Source of the DNA: a virus
Virus record (IMG/VR): IMGVR_UViG_3300045988_073070
Length of the DNA stretch: 64,000 nucleotides
Reading direction: 5' to 3' (one strand)
This document shows positions 10,325 to 19,161 of this stretch, piece after piece (the stretch's first letter is position 1; each line of letters begins with the position of its first letter). The translations under genes and the position numbers were made by a program. The notes below the pieces were generated by a model. That model was not told where the DNA came from. It saw only the letters and a program-made list of their open reading frames with translations, and did no database searches.

Positions 10325-11224
10325 ATGATGATATATTTAACAGGTGCACAAGCACCATTAACAAAGTCTGACTGGGCAAGTCCCCAGTCAGACGTTAATA
10401 AGAGTTTGGGTGGGTATGTTTCTTCAACTACAGTTCCCAACGGAGCTTTGAATGTAGTCTTTGACCTTATTTCTTCTTATACTTTGGAGAAGCGTACACC
10501 TGAAACTCTTGCTTTTGCGTTGATAAACAAGTTCGATAAACCTGTTAAAGACGTTGAGCTGAAACTTGTAACAGATGAAGGAAATTTGGCTATGTTCAAG
10601 ATAGCAGCCGTTTCAGTGGATTCCGAGACTATGGCAATGGAACATATTGCTAATAGATATGAACAGCCGATTAATGCCGAGTTTCATGACGCTTCTTTCT
10701 ATCGAGCAGCTGTTGACGTTCGTATCGTTACGCCAGCCGTTAAGGGGGAAGAAATTGTATTTTATCCGATGAACGTTGTTGTGGAAGTAAAAGAAAGCGG
10801 ATTGGAAGGAACATGGGAAGCAATTTGCGATGCTTTTGACGATGATGACACCTATCGGGCGAAACGACTTACAGCTGATACTTTCAGAATCGAAAGAAGG
10901 GATGAAACGGTGCTTTCCGAGCCGTTACCATGCTCTTTTATATCCACGGAAGGTTCTTCCTTCATTTTCGATGGAGAATTGCGTAACAAGGCAAATAACA
11001 CTGTTCTTTTATCTGATGAACTTGCGGCAGGAGCTTGCATTGGAATTTGGGTTCAAAGACGTATTAAACGCACCAAAGGATTATCCAACGAAGAAATACT
11101 CAAAAACTACAAAGATAAGTTTAATTATCCGACTATTGAAGAGGTTGATTTGGTTATCAATTATAACGAAGTTGAAGACGATAAGAACTATCAGGAAAAC
11201 GAGTACGATGAAGAATATTCATAA
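10325..11224 (+). CDS. tail/baseplate structural protein (hypothetical), acidic C-terminus
   Basis: I chose the ATG at 10325 (MMIYLTG...), 5 nt after the previous stop. Confidence 0.6.
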   Translation: MMIYLTGAQAPLTKSDWASPQSDVNKSLGGYVSSTTVPNGALNVVFDLISSYTLEKRTPETLAFALINKFDKPVKDVELKLVTDEGNLAMFKIAAVSVDSETMAMEHIANRYEQPINAEFHDASFYRAAVDVRIVTPAVKGEEIVFYPMNVVVEVKESGLEGTWEAICDAFDDDDTYRAKRLTADTFRIERRDETVLSEPLPCSFISTEGSSFIFDGELRNKANNTVLLSDELAAGACIGIWVQRRIKRTKGLSNEEILKNYKDKFNYPTIEEVDLVINYNEVEDDKNYQENEYDEEYS

Positions 11225-11247
11225 TTTATAAATAATTTACAACGATT

Positions 11248-14200
11248 ATGGCGGGTTATAATGACACGAAGGCAATGATTATCAGTACCCTTATGGGAAG
11301 ACCTGCGGGTACTGAAATTCAGCCTGAAAATCAACAAGCGTATGAGTTAAATATGCTTGACTACATTCGGAGCTTGGAATTGATTTCAAGCAGTTCTATT
11401 ATCGGAGTGGCTGACGAATCAACAACTCCGGTGCAACCCGATAATGCAAGGGTGAGTTATATTGCGGGAGTTGCTCAAAATAGAACAGTTACTTTCCAAA
11501 ATTTTATAGGACAAAATGGTCAGCCATTGTCGATTACTACGAGTGATATGGAAGCCTATCTTGTAATATTACTTTGGAATGCTCAATATTGGACAATGCA
11601 GGCAATTCCAACAAATATAATAAGTTCGGCAGAAACGGCTTATTTTTATTACAATTACAACATACGAAAGACATACACATCAGTATCGGCAATGAACGCT
11701 GATTCTGTCAATCCTATTGGAGTTGATGGAAAGCCTATAAAAGTCGGTGATTTAGTTAGCATTGTTAATAGCAATAATAGTAGTGAGAATGGAATGTATA
11801 GTTACACTGGTTCAGAGTGGCAATTCCAAACAAGTTATAATTTTCAGTTAGTTCAATCATTAGGCAATGACCCAAATGTTGGCGTATCTCAACAAGGATT
11901 AACGAAAGTGATAAATCGCTCAAATGTTGTTAACCCATCATCCATAAATTGGGTATCTGGCTCATATATCAATACAACTGGCGGAACGACTAATAATTCA
12001 ACTTTCTCTCATAGTGAAAATTATATTGATATTTCAGGAGCTATTTCCATAGACATAACATCAATATTTTATACAAACGCTTGCTTGGCATTTTATGACG
12101 AAAATCAAACTTTCATTTCAAATATTCAAGAAAGCAGCGGTAATGATACAACCGTGATTAGAAAATCTTACGGAGTTCCTTTCAGAGCAAAATATATTCG
12201 TATATCTTGTTTAACTTCTTTCAAAGATTATTGCATATTGTCGTTTACTTCCAATTCTGATTTGAAATCAATTGGAAATATTAAAGCTGCATTTGCTATT
12301 CCGAGAATAAACTTCACAAAAAGAAGTCCATTAAAGTGGGATGACTTAATCACAGTCAATAATTCCACTGGAACTGTAACTTTCAATACTCCGAGTGTGG
12401 TTTTTGGATTGCCTTACAATAATTCAAATTATATTCGTTTTGATAATTTTCAAATTCAATTCGATATAACGAAAGAATGGGGCGTTGCTTGTGTTCGTGT
12501 TCCCGCTAATTGGTTAAGCGGTACGAATCAAGCGGTATTACTGAATACGGCTGACGTGGAATTGCATTATTATGGAGATGCTTGGGAGTTGACGCCTGAC
12601 CGAATACCGCTTTGGTTTTGGAATAAAAATACTGGTAATTTATTTTCTCCGTATTTTTCTCTGTTGATGATTACTGAAAATTATCCTTCTCTTGTTACTA
12701 CTGTAAGTGGACTAAATGCTCAGTTTGTCAAACTGAGCGGATATTTTAATTCAGCATTTGAAATTAAGCAAGAGCCGCAATATGACGGTATTTTTGTAAA
12801 AGCAGGAGTTGGATATTGGACAGCCGCAGTTGGTAGTCCAATAGCAATCAATCCTGCCGCATCTTATTATTACATGAACATAATGGATGTAACTCCTGGT
12901 CAAAGATTACGTCTTTCTGGTTTTTATACTCCGCAATCTGGTATAGGGATATGTGCTTATATAGATGCAAACGGCAATTATCTTTCAAGACTTTCTTCAG
13001 GAGCTAACTTTGCTACTGGAGAATATGATGTTAAGATTCCAGATAACGTTTATAAAATAGGTATATATTTTAATAATACAGGCGGTTCAGCATGGCCAGT
13101 TGAAAATGCTAAAATTATATTGGGCGATTATTCTATAAAATTATTAGCTGAAGCCCTTCCAGAAGGATTGGAAGATTTAGCAAATATTCCTACGAGAGTT
13201 GCTGATTTGGAAAATGTTGAAGATTTTTGTTATGACGTTAAACAGCAAAAAGTTTACGATTATGAACTTTACGGCAAAGGAGTTTGGCAATCAACGGGTC
13301 AAGTTGTAGGACAACCAGTATTATTATCAGCAAGTGAAAATTACGATGCTCAACCGTTAATTTCAGTAAAACAGGGCGATTATGTTAACGTAAAGGGAGT
13401 ATATTCTGCGAGTTCTGGAGTAGGATGTTTCGCATTAATAGATGCAAACGGCAATTATCTTGGTAGAAAGAATTTCGGTAATGCCATTGAATCAGATTCA
13501 GTTTTGGGTAACTATAAGTTTCTCATTGATAATGCTGCTACTGTTAAAATAGGTTGGTATATTGATAATAGACAATCCGAAACTTTTCCACCTGCTAATG
13601 CTAAAATTATATTGAACGAAGGTGATTTAACTTTATCTTTGACAGATGAGTACAAGACTGTTTTAGAAGAAAGTTTGAAATTAAATCCAGAAAGTGAAAT
13701 GGATTTAGTTGCTCAAATGTATAATCGTGGAGCAACTAATAAGAAAGCTAACACAAAGAAGAAATGTATTTTGATTTGGGGCCAAAGTAATGCTGATGGA
13801 CGAGATGCTTTGGCAGATGCTCCGCAATACATAAAAGACTTGAATTACATTTTGCCCAAAGCTCAACTTTGTAATAATGCAGCTGGTACGTTCGCTGTAT
13901 GGAATCAAACTACTGCTTGGGCGTTCAAATTGATAACGGCTTATTATTTAACTGAAGTAGATAATGAGGAATGTTATTTTATCAATTTGACTGTTGGCGG
14001 TACAAGTATGGCGGAAACAGGAACAACTACTCAGCACTGGACGCCGTTCTTCGATAAATTAGCATCCACAGATACTTCATTGTTGAGAAATCTTGAAGAT
14101 AGAACAAGAAATGCTTTGAAAGCTCTTTCGGATGAATTTGAAATCGTTGGTATCATAGGTCATCAAGGAGAAGGTGACAAAGACGCAGTTTCAGCAGCTC

Positions 14201-15027
14201 AATATCATAAAAATTTGATATGTTTTATATCTTATTTAAGAGGCGTTGTTGGAAACCCTTATTTGCCTTTTGTTTCGGGAACTATTCCACATCTTTCGAG
14301 TTCTTATAATAAGGTGGTTGAGGAAGCTCAATTGCAGGCTATGCGAGAGGACTATTATACATATTATGTAGATTTGTCCCAAGGAACAATGTTTGACGGT
14401 TTGCACTTTGATGCGGCAACTTCTGAATATTTCGGTATTTCTGTTTATAATAAGTTGAAAGAATACTTCGCATTAGCAGCATTGAGAAAATTATACAACG
14501 ATAAACCTGTTTTGCAAAACAACTCTGGACAAATAAAAGTAGGTTATACAGGATTATCAAGAACTAATTTTGTAAATGGTACTGTATATGCCCTTCCTTT
14601 TAATACGGCAGTAGCTACGGTTGCCCCTTCTCCGCTGACTAAATATCCATATGGCAGTGTTAAAAGTTATGCTGCTATGTATTCATCTTCATCAAGAAAA
14701 TTGAGAGAGAACAATGTTTATGGACAAGTTCATCGTTGGAGAATTCAAGCAACCTATTCAGGAAAGGCTTCTGCTAATAATGGTCAATTGGAGTTTCGTT
14801 TGAACAATACGGTAAGCGGATTTATTGTAACATCTGAAATTACATTACCAAGCGGATTAACAGAGGGAAATATAACTTGCGAATTAACCACAATAGCGGA
14901 CAGCAATTCATTGTCTGGAACTAATGGTTATGTTCTGGAAGTTATAAGTTCATTCACTGACGCTAATTTAGTTGTCAATGTTACTTCTATAACGAGAATA
15001 AGCGAAGCAACTGAAAATGTGTCGTAG
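11248..15027 (+). CDS. tail fibre / receptor-binding protein with repeated carbohydrate-binding-like domains and an SGNH (sialate-O-acetylesterase-like) esterase domain
   Basis: 1259 aa and the last gene of the virion block. 'KKCILIWGQSNADGR' (about 13761-13805) is the GQSN catalytic-Ser block of DUF303/SGNH acetylesterases. 'DGLHFD' (about 14395-14412) supplies the D-x-x-H block. Two clear internal repeats are listed separately. Confidence 0.8.
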   Translation: MAGYNDTKAMIISTLMGRPAGTEIQPENQQAYELNMLDYIRSLELISSSSIIGVADESTTPVQPDNARVSYIAGVAQNRTVTFQNFIGQNGQPLSITTSDMEAYLVILLWNAQYWTMQAIPTNIISSAETAYFYYNYNIRKTYTSVSAMNADSVNPIGVDGKPIKVGDLVSIVNSNNSSENGMYSYTGSEWQFQTSYNFQLVQSLGNDPNVGVSQQGLTKVINRSNVVNPSSINWVSGSYINTTGGTTNNSTFSHSENYIDISGAISIDITSIFYTNACLAFYDENQTFISNIQESSGNDTTVIRKSYGVPFRAKYIRISCLTSFKDYCILSFTSNSDLKSIGNIKAAFAIPRINFTKRSPLKWDDLITVNNSTGTVTFNTPSVVFGLPYNNSNYIRFDNFQIQFDITKEWGVACVRVPANWLSGTNQAVLLNTADVELHYYGDAWELTPDRIPLWFWNKNTGNLFSPYFSLLMITENYPSLVTTVSGLNAQFVKLSGYFNSAFEIKQEPQYDGIFVKAGVGYWTAAVGSPIAINPAASYYYMNIMDVTPGQRLRLSGFYTPQSGIGICAYIDANGNYLSRLSSGANFATGEYDVKIPDNVYKIGIYFNNTGGSAWPVENAKIILGDYSIKLLAEALPEGLEDLANIPTRVADLENVEDFCYDVKQQKVYDYELYGKGVWQSTGQVVGQPVLLSASENYDAQPLISVKQGDYVNVKGVYSASSGVGCFALIDANGNYLGRKNFGNAIESDSVLGNYKFLIDNAATVKIGWYIDNRQSETFPPANAKIILNEGDLTLSLTDEYKTVLEESLKLNPESEMDLVAQMYNRGATNKKANTKKKCILIWGQSNADGRDALADAPQYIKDLNYILPKAQLCNNAAGTFAVWNQTTAWAFKLITAYYLTEVDNEECYFINLTVGGTSMAETGTTTQHWTPFFDKLASTDTSLLRNLEDRTRNALKALSDEFEIVGIIGHQGEGDKDAVSAAQYHKNLICFISYLRGVVGNPYLPFVSGTIPHLSSSYNKVVEEAQLQAMREDYYTYYVDLSQGTMFDGLHFDAATSEYFGISVYNKLKEYFALAALRKLYNDKPVLQNNSGQIKVGYTGLSRTNFVNGTVYALPFNTAVATVAPSPLTKYPYGSVKSYAAMYSSSSRKLRENNVYGQVHRWRIQATYSGKASANNGQLEFRLNNTVSGFIVTSEITLPSGLTEGNITCELTTIADSNSLSGTNGYVLEVISSFTDANLVVNVTSITRISEATENVS
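12886..13124 (+). repeat. tail-fibre internal domain repeat, copy 1
   Basis: 'GQRLRLSGFYTPQSGIGICAYIDANGNYLSR...KIGIYFNN...ENAKIILG' is paralogous to 13363-13617. The two share an identical 24-nt core 'ATAGATGCAAACGGCAATTATCTT' (12961 and 13441). A more divergent third copy lies at about 12024-12215 ('ACLAFYDENQTFIS...AKYIRISCL'). Confidence 0.75.
13363..13617 (+). repeat. tail-fibre internal domain repeat, copy 2
   Basis: 'GDYVNVKGVYSASSGVGCFALIDANGNYLGR...KIGWYIDN...ANAKIILN' pairs with 12886-13124. Confidence 0.75.
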
Positions 15028-15056
15028 TGTATTGCTTAAATAAGTGAAGTTAATTA

Positions 15057-15095
15057 AGAGACGGGAGTGTATTGCTTTCGTCTCTTTTTCTTTTG
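15057..15095 (+). terminator. intrinsic terminator after the tail-fibre gene
   Basis: 7-bp stem AGAGACG (15057-15063) / CGTCTCT (15079-15085), a 15-nt loop, then TTTTTCTTTTG. Confidence 0.7.
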
Positions 15096-15257
15096 TATTC
15101 GTGCTATCGTATATCGGTGAAGGGAAATTATCACGGTTAATAATAGCAGTGCCGAGCAAGCATGAAAATGCTCACTATCCGAAGCGAGGTTCAAAGTTAT
15201 AAACGGAGCGTGAACGTCTTCACCAGTAACGCCAATTAAAATCGCAGCACTGTCCTT

Positions 15258-15384
15258 TATCAAACGGGGGTAAATTTCTGACAACTGCGTACTCATACCC
15301 AAGTAAATTGATTGTTTAACAAAAAGGGGGAACGGGGGTCAAAATTTCTTTGCTTCTCACCCCAAGTAAAATTCAAAGATTGCG
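15258..15384 (+). promoter_or_regulatory. tandem G5-box / CCAAG-TAAA(A)TT repeat units upstream of the replication module
   Basis: Unit 1 runs 15262-15329 and unit 2 runs 15330-15384. Each contains 'AACGGGGGT.AAATTTCT' followed by 'A(C)CCCAAGTAAA(A)TT'. The double G5 'AAAGGGGGAACGGGGGT' is at 15323-15339. The function (promoter, origin or operator) is inferred, not shown. Confidence 0.35.
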
Positions 15385-15750
15385 ATGAAGAAAACAGTTT
15401 GGAGCATATTTCGGGATTTGGTCAACTCCAAAGAGGTTGGCACCGAAATTACAAGGCAAGAGATTCTTGACGAAATAGAACGACAACTCATTGAGTATGG
15501 AACGTTCATTGAAACAAAAGGAGTAAAACGAGCAAGATTTTCATCAGTTACGTTGGATTGTGCTCGCAATATGGCTACGGGCAGATATTATCTTGAAAAG
15601 ACCGAGCGAGTTGGTCACTATAAGATAATTTGTCATTTTCCGCCAGATTACACCGTGTCGCAGTTGAGACGAGATTACGACCGAGAAATGGCGATGATGG
15701 CTGAAAGAAATAATCATGGTAGCAATTGTAAAGATAAATCGGATAAATAA
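15385..15750 (+). CDS. hypothetical protein, first gene of the replication module
   Basis: 121-aa ORF and the first ATG after the 357-nt non-coding gap. Confidence 0.6.
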   Translation: MKKTVWSIFRDLVNSKEVGTEITRQEILDEIERQLIEYGTFIETKGVKRARFSSVTLDCARNMATGRYYLEKTERVGHYKIICHFPPDYTVSQLRRDYDREMAMMAERNNHGSNCKDKSDK

Positions 15751-17206
15751 TTTGACTTATTCGTTCAAGCTATCTACCAAAGAAGGTATAAGGCATGTTG
15801 CGAAAGCATTAACGTTTCGCAATCCAGACCCATTTGCGTATAGTAGCAGAATAGAGAAGTTTGATAAAAAGAAGTTTACGTTCAAAATAGGCATGATGCC
15901 AACGCTTGAACGTTATTTAACCAAGAAAGGCGTTGAGTACGAAGTAGAGGACTACGCATTTGATTTGCCCGTTGGGGTTGAAGTGGATGACCGAATGACG
16001 GGCAAATACATTCACCAAAAGAGAGCCGTTGAAGCATTCTTCCGAAAGAGGTTTGGAATCATAGTTGTCCCAACGAGAGGCGGAAAGACTTTCATTGCTT
16101 CCGAGATTTGCCGAATATTCTTGAATACGGATGACGGCAAATTTTTATTCCTTACAGATAACACAACGTTGTTTAATCAAGCTGTTGGAGACTTACAAGA
16201 GTTCTTCCAGAGATACGGTGGTGTAGAGGTAGGAGAGATAAAAGCTGGCAAGATTGACACTGGCAAGCGCGTAACTGTTGGAATGATTCAAACCGTCCAA
16301 AGTACACTATCGAAGCGTTGTAAGGACAAAAAGAAGAAAGCGGAGCTGACGAAGTATTTGCGTGAGTTGAAGTTTCTTTGTGTCGATGAGATACATGATA
16401 ACTGCTCCGATTCCAAATTGTCGATATACAAGAAGTGTAAGCGGTTGGAATATCAACTTTGTCTTTCAGCAACTCCGTATCGCACGGGAGCTTTGGTGCA
16501 AAATTTGAAGCTCAAGGAATGGAGTGGTGATGTTGTTTATACAATAACCGAAGCAAAGTTGAGGAAACGAAAAGTGTTGTCGGATTACAAAGTGTTCATG
16601 CTTTTGGTAAATCATAACAATCTTGAATACGATACGAAGGTTGATGATTATGACCAATACCGAAAGGACTTGATATTTCATTCAGCCTATCGGAACGGGG
16701 TATTGCGTATGGTGGTTAAGATTCTACGGAGATTGAACCTGAAAACTTTACTACTATTCCAATCGAAAGAGCATGGCTACACGATGGAACGGCTCACGGG
16801 CATACCTTTTATCTGCGGTGATAATACGGGTGAGGAAAGAGAGGAAGCAAAAGAAGCCTTCTTGGAAGGAAAAGGCGGTATGTTGTCTGCTTCGGGGATA
16901 TTCAAGAAAGGCGTAACACTTCCAGCCGTGGAAGTAATGATTAACGTAGATGGCGGATTGGAAGATGCTAATACGATTCAGAAAAAAGGGCGTGTTCTTG
17001 GAGCTACCAAAGATAAACAACGGAGCTTGATAATAGACTTCTTTGACGAGTTTGACGCATACTTCTCAGACCATTCGGGGGCAAGGTTACAGACCTATAT
17101 TGACGCTATCGGAGAGAAGCGTGTGGGAATCCTTGATACCGAAATTGACGATTGCTACGAGACTTTGGAACGATGGATTAAAAGGTGGTTCAAATTAGAT
17201 GAATAG
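15716..17206 (+). CDS. SF2 DEAD/DEAH-box helicase (UvsW / type III res-subunit-like)
   Basis: Walker A 'VVPTRGGKTFIAS', motif II 'LCVDEIHD' and motif III 'SATPYR', plus a C-terminal helicase domain. Confidence 0.85.
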   Translation: MVAIVKINRINNLTYSFKLSTKEGIRHVAKALTFRNPDPFAYSSRIEKFDKKKFTFKIGMMPTLERYLTKKGVEYEVEDYAFDLPVGVEVDDRMTGKYIHQKRAVEAFFRKRFGIIVVPTRGGKTFIASEICRIFLNTDDGKFLFLTDNTTLFNQAVGDLQEFFQRYGGVEVGEIKAGKIDTGKRVTVGMIQTVQSTLSKRCKDKKKKAELTKYLRELKFLCVDEIHDNCSDSKLSIYKKCKRLEYQLCLSATPYRTGALVQNLKLKEWSGDVVYTITEAKLRKRKVLSDYKVFMLLVNHNNLEYDTKVDDYDQYRKDLIFHSAYRNGVLRMVVKILRRLNLKTLLLFQSKEHGYTMERLTGIPFICGDNTGEEREEAKEAFLEGKGGMLSASGIFKKGVTLPAVEVMINVDGGLEDANTIQKKGRVLGATKDKQRSLIIDFFDEFDAYFSDHSGARLQTYIDAIGEKRVGILDTEIDDCYETLERWIKRWFKLDE

Positions 17207-17795
17207 GAAACAAAAACAATTGTATAGACAATCGGTTGATATGTTTATAGATATGTTGGAAACGATAACCAAACGGAAATGTAATTACAGGTGTAATGAT
17301 TCCGATGTTGGTTCGTTTGAAACGTTCTGTAACGAGTTCGACACGAATATTATCGGCATGTCCTTTATCAAGACGTATCTTGAATACCAATTCCAAAGTT
17401 GGTTCAATACGGGAACGGATAAGGACTATTCAAGAACAGTCAGATTCAGTTGGATGTTTGGAGCGAAAGCAATAAAACGCTGGCGAGTATTCAAACCCGA
17501 AGTGAACGTGAAGATTGTTCGAGGTCACATAAAAAAGTTGGGTATCTACAAACCGAAGGTGAGCCGAGAAACGAAGATACCAGAGTTAATTTTAAGGATA
17601 AGACCTGCTGAAGAAAACTTCAAAAGGGAGTATCACAACACCCAGAGGGGATTCGCATGGTGTATAGCGAATACAACGTTGTATAACCATAAAAGTTCCC
17701 TTTGTGTTCGTTGTAGCTTCAAGAACGAATGTAAGGAAGTTCTGGAGAAACAATATCCAAAAGTATATGTAAAACGAGGTTATGGCAAGAAATAA
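17199..17795 (+). CDS. hypothetical protein between the two helicases (possible loader/accessory, positional only)
   Basis: 198-aa ORF overlapping both neighbours. Cys-rich C-terminus 'CVRCSFKNECKE'. Confidence 0.6.
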   Translation: MNRKQKQLYRQSVDMFIDMLETITKRKCNYRCNDSDVGSFETFCNEFDTNIIGMSFIKTYLEYQFQSWFNTGTDKDYSRTVRFSWMFGAKAIKRWRVFKPEVNVKIVRGHIKKLGIYKPKVSRETKIPELILRIRPAEENFKREYHNTQRGFAWCIANTTLYNHKSSLCVRCSFKNECKEVLEKQYPKVYVKRGYGKK

Positions 17796-19161
17796 CGCAT
17801 TAACAAGTAATTATATCAACGAGCTATTTGCGGCTGCGTTTCAACGTAGGGGTGTATTTGATACGATTCGTGAATATCTCAAATTCTCCTACTTACAAAC
17901 CGAAGCCGAAAAGCAACTATGGCAGTGGGCGGTTAAACAATACGACCGAACAGGCAAAGTACCAACGATTGGTCAACTACAACAACAGTTCTCCGAGAAT
18001 GAGAAAGTGTTGGATTTTATTGTAGATATAGCCGATGTTGAGTTTGACGATGAAGATAATTTTGAGGAAGGCTTGATGCATACTTTTGAGGACTTTATCA
18101 AAAAGATGAAGTTTCTTGAGGTAAACGATAAAATTGTTGATATTTATAATAGGGGTGAGAAAGACAAAGCGTATGAGACTTTTGTGAAGTATGCTGAGGA
18201 CTTTGGTAAATTCTCTATTATGAAGCCGAAGTTTGAGACGGTGTTTGGAGACTTCGGAGAACGTCAAGCAAAACGAAAGAGCGAGGATTACAATTTCAGG
18301 TTCAAGATTCCTACGGGAATAGATGAAATTGATTATAGGCTTGGCGGTGATTACGGTGGGCCAGAAACGGGTGAATGCGTTCTTTGGCTTGGAGATTCGG
18401 GAGCTGGTAAGAGTCAGTGTTTGGTTCATCTTGGTATAGCTGCCGCACGTCAAGGATTCCGAGTTGCGCACTTTCAGTTGGAAGGTACAAAGGAACAATG
18501 CTTGAATCGTTACGATGCTGCTTGGACAGGTACGTTATATCAAGATGTGAAACTTGGTAACATTACCGATAAGAAAATGGAAGTTACCAAGCGTATCATC
18601 AAGAAGCTCAAAAAGTCTGATGTTATTGTAAGCTCCGAAGAAAAGTGGGGTGGTAAGAGCCTTGTTGATGTTCGTAGGGAACTGAAAGAAATGGAGAAAA
18701 TCTATGGCAAGATAGATGTAATTGTCATAGACTACTTGGAATTGTTAGAGGTTGGTGATGGTATAGTGTATATGCCAAAAGATGAGCGATTCCGTCAGGC
18801 GAAACTTGCGAAGGGTATGAAGGCTTTGGCGATGGAGTTTAATGCCGTAGTACATACCGCAACCCAAGCAAGTAATATTCCCGAAGAACAGAAGAACGAC
18901 CCAGAGTTTGTAATAACGAGAGCGCAGTTGAGTGAGGATAAGGGAAAGATACGACCGTTTGATATTTTCATAACGATTAATCAAACCCGTGATGAGATGC
19001 GAGAGGAAATCATGCGACTTCATACAGATAAGCTCCGAGACTATAAAAACGGAGAGCCTGTTCACATTTGTAATAATTTTGCTTATTCACGTTTCTACGA
19101 TAGAATGAGAACATTGAATACAGATTGGGATGAAAGAGAGGAAGCGAACGAGGAAGATTGA
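17782..19161 (+). CDS. DnaB-like replicative helicase
   Basis: RecA-fold C-terminal domain: Walker A 'WLGDSGAGKSQCLVHLG', 'FQLEGTKEQCLNRY' (a SLEMs-like block) and Walker B 'VIVIDYLELL'. Confidence 0.8.
   Translation: MARNNALTSNYINELFAAAFQRRGVFDTIREYLKFSYLQTEAEKQLWQWAVKQYDRTGKVPTIGQLQQQFSENEKVLDFIVDIADVEFDDEDNFEEGLMHTFEDFIKKMKFLEVNDKIVDIYNRGEKDKAYETFVKYAEDFGKFSIMKPKFETVFGDFGERQAKRKSEDYNFRFKIPTGIDEIDYRLGGDYGGPETGECVLWLGDSGAGKSQCLVHLGIAAARQGFRVAHFQLEGTKEQCLNRYDAAWTGTLYQDVKLGNITDKKMEVTKRIIKKLKKSDVIVSSEEKWGGKSLVDVRRELKEMEKIYGKIDVIVIDYLELLEVGDGIVYMPKDERFRQAKLAKGMKALAMEFNAVVHTATQASNIPEEQKNDPEFVITRAQLSEDKGKIRPFDIFITINQTRDEMREEIMRLHTDKLRDYKNGEPVHICNNFAYSRFYDRMRTLNTDWDEREEANEED

Noticed and set aside
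10830-11231. Alternative-frame + strand ORFs nested in larger genes: 10830-11231, 9935-10129, 17828-18025, 21578-21808, 21860-22126, 23553-23753, 30054-30263, 31895-32167, 42082-42339, 50367-50639, 50653-50946, 52450-52638, 57766-57951, 57988-58209 and 61004-61219.
   Set aside because: Each lies wholly within a longer ORF that has recognisable motifs or better start context. Several are Arg/Lys-rich frame-shadows of acidic tracts.
11248-15027. Possible diversity-generating retroelement targeting the tail fibre (internal repeats, identical 24-mer).
   Set aside because: The repeats are in-frame paralogous protein domains, not a template/variable repeat pair with adenine-specific differences. 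No reverse transcriptase motif (YxDD context) was seen in any ORF of the window.
15185-15200. 'GAGGTTCAAAG', resembling a tRNA T-loop, in the non-coding gap. I also looked generally for tRNA genes.
   Set aside because: There is no flanking 5-bp T-stem complementarity, no acceptor stem and no anticodon arm. I found no convincing GGTTCGAATCC-type element in any intergenic region.
15054-15302. Minus-strand 82-codon ORF in the only large gene-free gap, as a real opposite-strand gene.
   Set aside because: I did not call it as a feature. It starts with TTG (ATG two codons in). No Bacteroidota-type promoter is visible upstream on the minus strand. It is the only minus-strand candidate in 64 kb. It is kept as an alternative explanation in the 15096-15257 finding.
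15266-15338. G-quadruplex potential from the three G5 runs (15266-15270, 15326-15330 and 15334-15338).
   Set aside because: There are only three runs, and one loop is 55 nt long. The runs are better explained as parts of the repeated G5-box motif.
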